Positions 61,541 to 64,000 of a stretch of 64,000 nt of DNA are shown here, piece after piece. A program made the translations under genes and the position numbers. Source of the stretch: Raillietiella orientalis (Eukaryota); contig JAYWIR010000062.1 of NCBI GenBank assembly GCA_036172245.1, forward strand, positions 434,001 to 498,000. Reading direction: 5' to 3'. The notes beneath the pieces are model-generated. The model was given only the letters and a program-made list of their open reading frames with translations, was not told the DNA's origin and searched no databases. Every line of letters starts with the position of its first letter. The stretch's first letter is position 1.

Positions 61541-64000
61541 AGAATTTGGGAATGAAAAATGGGAGATGGAAGCATTATGTAACTATTAAACTTCAAAGGC
61601 TGGATAAGTGCTGATTATGCTCTGGGTACACATTACATGATGCAAACAAATGAAAGGATATTCCGATACGTAAATGTTAAAATGGGGGCTCGAAATGTAG
61701 TAGTTACTCAGAATAGGAGCTACATCAATTATATCACTTTGTCAATTGACCCAATTCATTGTGATTATATGTTCCATTAAGTACACAAGGATATTGTGCG
61801 GAACTACAAAATTCTCCCAAAACATATTTATCATATGAAAAACATTTGTAATTCACAACTAACAATAAAGACATTTTTATCACGAATGCAGTAGTATATA
61901 ACGTTTTAACCAACTAAAAAGTAGTAATTTGAACAATATTATTAGCAACCAATAGAAATTATTCTAGAAAAAAAAAAGGGGGGGGGGGAGATAAGTGTGG
62001 TATGGAAAGGAGGCTGCAAAGCACTTTGAAATTACTAAAGTTGAAAACAGTTGCGCGACCCTTTCGAATTCCCTCACCACTAAATGCATTGCATACTGAA
62101 CTGGTATTCGCTTAAACTGATGGGTCATTCATGACTGCTTCCATTTAAGAAATTAAATTTTACTTCCTTGAATTTAATTTCTTAATAATTGAGCAATCAT
62201 AACAAACGATCAACACAGAATCAGAATAAACATGGAATCAATCATCGAAAATGACAAAATATAATGCTATTCCGATTCTTGATCGTCATTTTCCGCGTTT
62301 CTTGGAAATACATGCAAAGAAAACCTATAAATCACTCTTATCTGCAAACCGGAATTTCAAGAATCCCTTTTCTTTAAATTCTTAATAATGTTTCACTTAT
62401 CAGAATTTCTCCAGCTCTACCTGAACGTTAATAAGATTTACTGCTACTATTGTAGGATATAAGTCGGTCAAAAAAATTCATCTACTTTGAATCTAAGCTT
62501 TTTTGTTCCAAGGAGATCCAAATTAGGCATATGTAACCTTATAAAGCAAGGTGATTTTGATATATAGTAAAAAAAATGCATTCAAGTGCAGAGTTGTTAT
62601 ATAATAATCTGCTCATAAGAATTTGCACAAGTTTCCATACCCTATTTCTACATTCCTTTACTTTTTAGTGTGCTCTTGGGGTCATTTCAAAAAGTGCACA
62701 CAAACAGAAATGGTATTTGATTCAACTTATGCAAAGCCATCTGCCTCATTAACTTCCTTTGTTGGGTCATGTTTATTTTTTAATCCAAAGCAATATTTTT
62801 AGTAATCCACAATCTATGTCAGTCATGACTAAGAAAAGCCAGGCTATGATGATAAAATTTCATTAGACACAATTGTCAACTGTAAAATTTCATTAGACAA
62901 TAATAAATCAAATGAATATAAAAATCATAGTAACAACTGTATTATGGACTAATTACGATAATTAGCGAACAATTACAAAGACTAACGATGATGGACTAAT
63001 GCTGATCAAATTCACTAACAGAAAACCAGAAAAACTACCAGTTTGATTGGCAATTATTTTGCAGAACACGCACATGACTCGATTGCAATTAGTCGATGAC
63101 TTCCGTTCATAAAGCATTTCATACTAGAAAGTAATTTATTCAAATTATAACAATTTTCATTTGAAAACGATGCGGAGGCGTCACAAATACACTTTTCGAT
63201 GAGATCATCTAAAACAAATGCCAACATTAATTCTGATTATTACACATCTCATCAGATCCAAATTGACTTTCCATAAATATGTTATGTTTGCTGTACACTT
63301 TGTGCTCACTGCTCAGTTGAGGAAACACAGCTGTACATCCATGTTTAAACTAACAAAGTCTTGAAAGTCATTTTCACGAGGAGCGAAAATTTTCCCTTGT
63401 ATTCTATTTTGATGGATGTTCAAATCACAGAATGAATAAAAGTAATTATTGCCTACACAATCAGCTACTTAGGAATGATGTTCTCAAATATATGTCAACT
63501 ACTCAACTGAAACCTCAACTGTCATTTAAGCACCCAACACAAGTAGTTCACATCCTGCGAATAAAAATTTTCCTGAACTGATGCACAATTAATAATTGCA
63601 ATTATTGCTTGAAATCAGCACTTCATACTTGACACTCCGAAAAATTTTGTAATGCCAAATGCCTTGATCTTAGGAGAATTTTGAGCCAAGTTTCTGAGGA
63701 GTTCGTCCTTTTGTAGTCACTTTCCTTGACGTGCTTAAAACCTGATGAATTTTCATTAGCCTGAGTGAATTTAAATCTTTAGATTCAAAGGTGCTGCAAA
63801 GGTGAAACAGCTAGATGGAAAGAAAAACAATTCCTTACAATACAAACTTCAAATTGTATACACATATTCCTTGAATTGACTTCTAAATTTCATGCTCTGA
63901 TCATAGCAGATTTTCATGTCATTAAAGAAAACACATGGTGGGCTAAATTACATAGAAGATTAACGTATTTCTTAATACAAACAAAACATATTTAAGATAG

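Noticed and set aside
62853..62899. 17-bp direct repeat TAAAATTTCATTAGACA with 30-bp period
   Set aside because: Only two copies in AT-rich non-coding DNA; an ordinary local duplication.

Overview
Eukaryotic (metazoan, arthropod-like by protein motifs) genomic DNA in two sharply different compartments. Bases 1 to ~40,000 are GC- and CpG-rich and gene-poor. They hold the five 5' coding exons of a T-type (Cav3) calcium channel alpha-1 gene on the minus strand, whose first coding intron is a 7,016-nt U12-type (minor spliceosome) intron. They also hold several AT-rich islands. The largest (~35,390-36,612) is an endogenised circular Rep-encoding ssDNA (CRESS) virus remnant: an Arg-rich capsid N-terminal stub, an intact stem-loop origin with nonanucleotide TAGTGTTAC, and a full-length but decayed Rep with a nanovirus/alphasatellite-like SF3 helicase. 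A smaller island resembles a nad3 NUMT. From ~40,100 the DNA is AT-rich and gene-dense with many tiny (36-50 nt) introns: PCCA, SPCS2, MRPS7, HMMR, RBM17/SPF45 and the 3' part of a CTTNBP2NL/Nausicaa-like gene. Most long ORFs in the GC-rich half look like compositional artefacts. All calls come from manual reading and remembered motifs; no searches were run.
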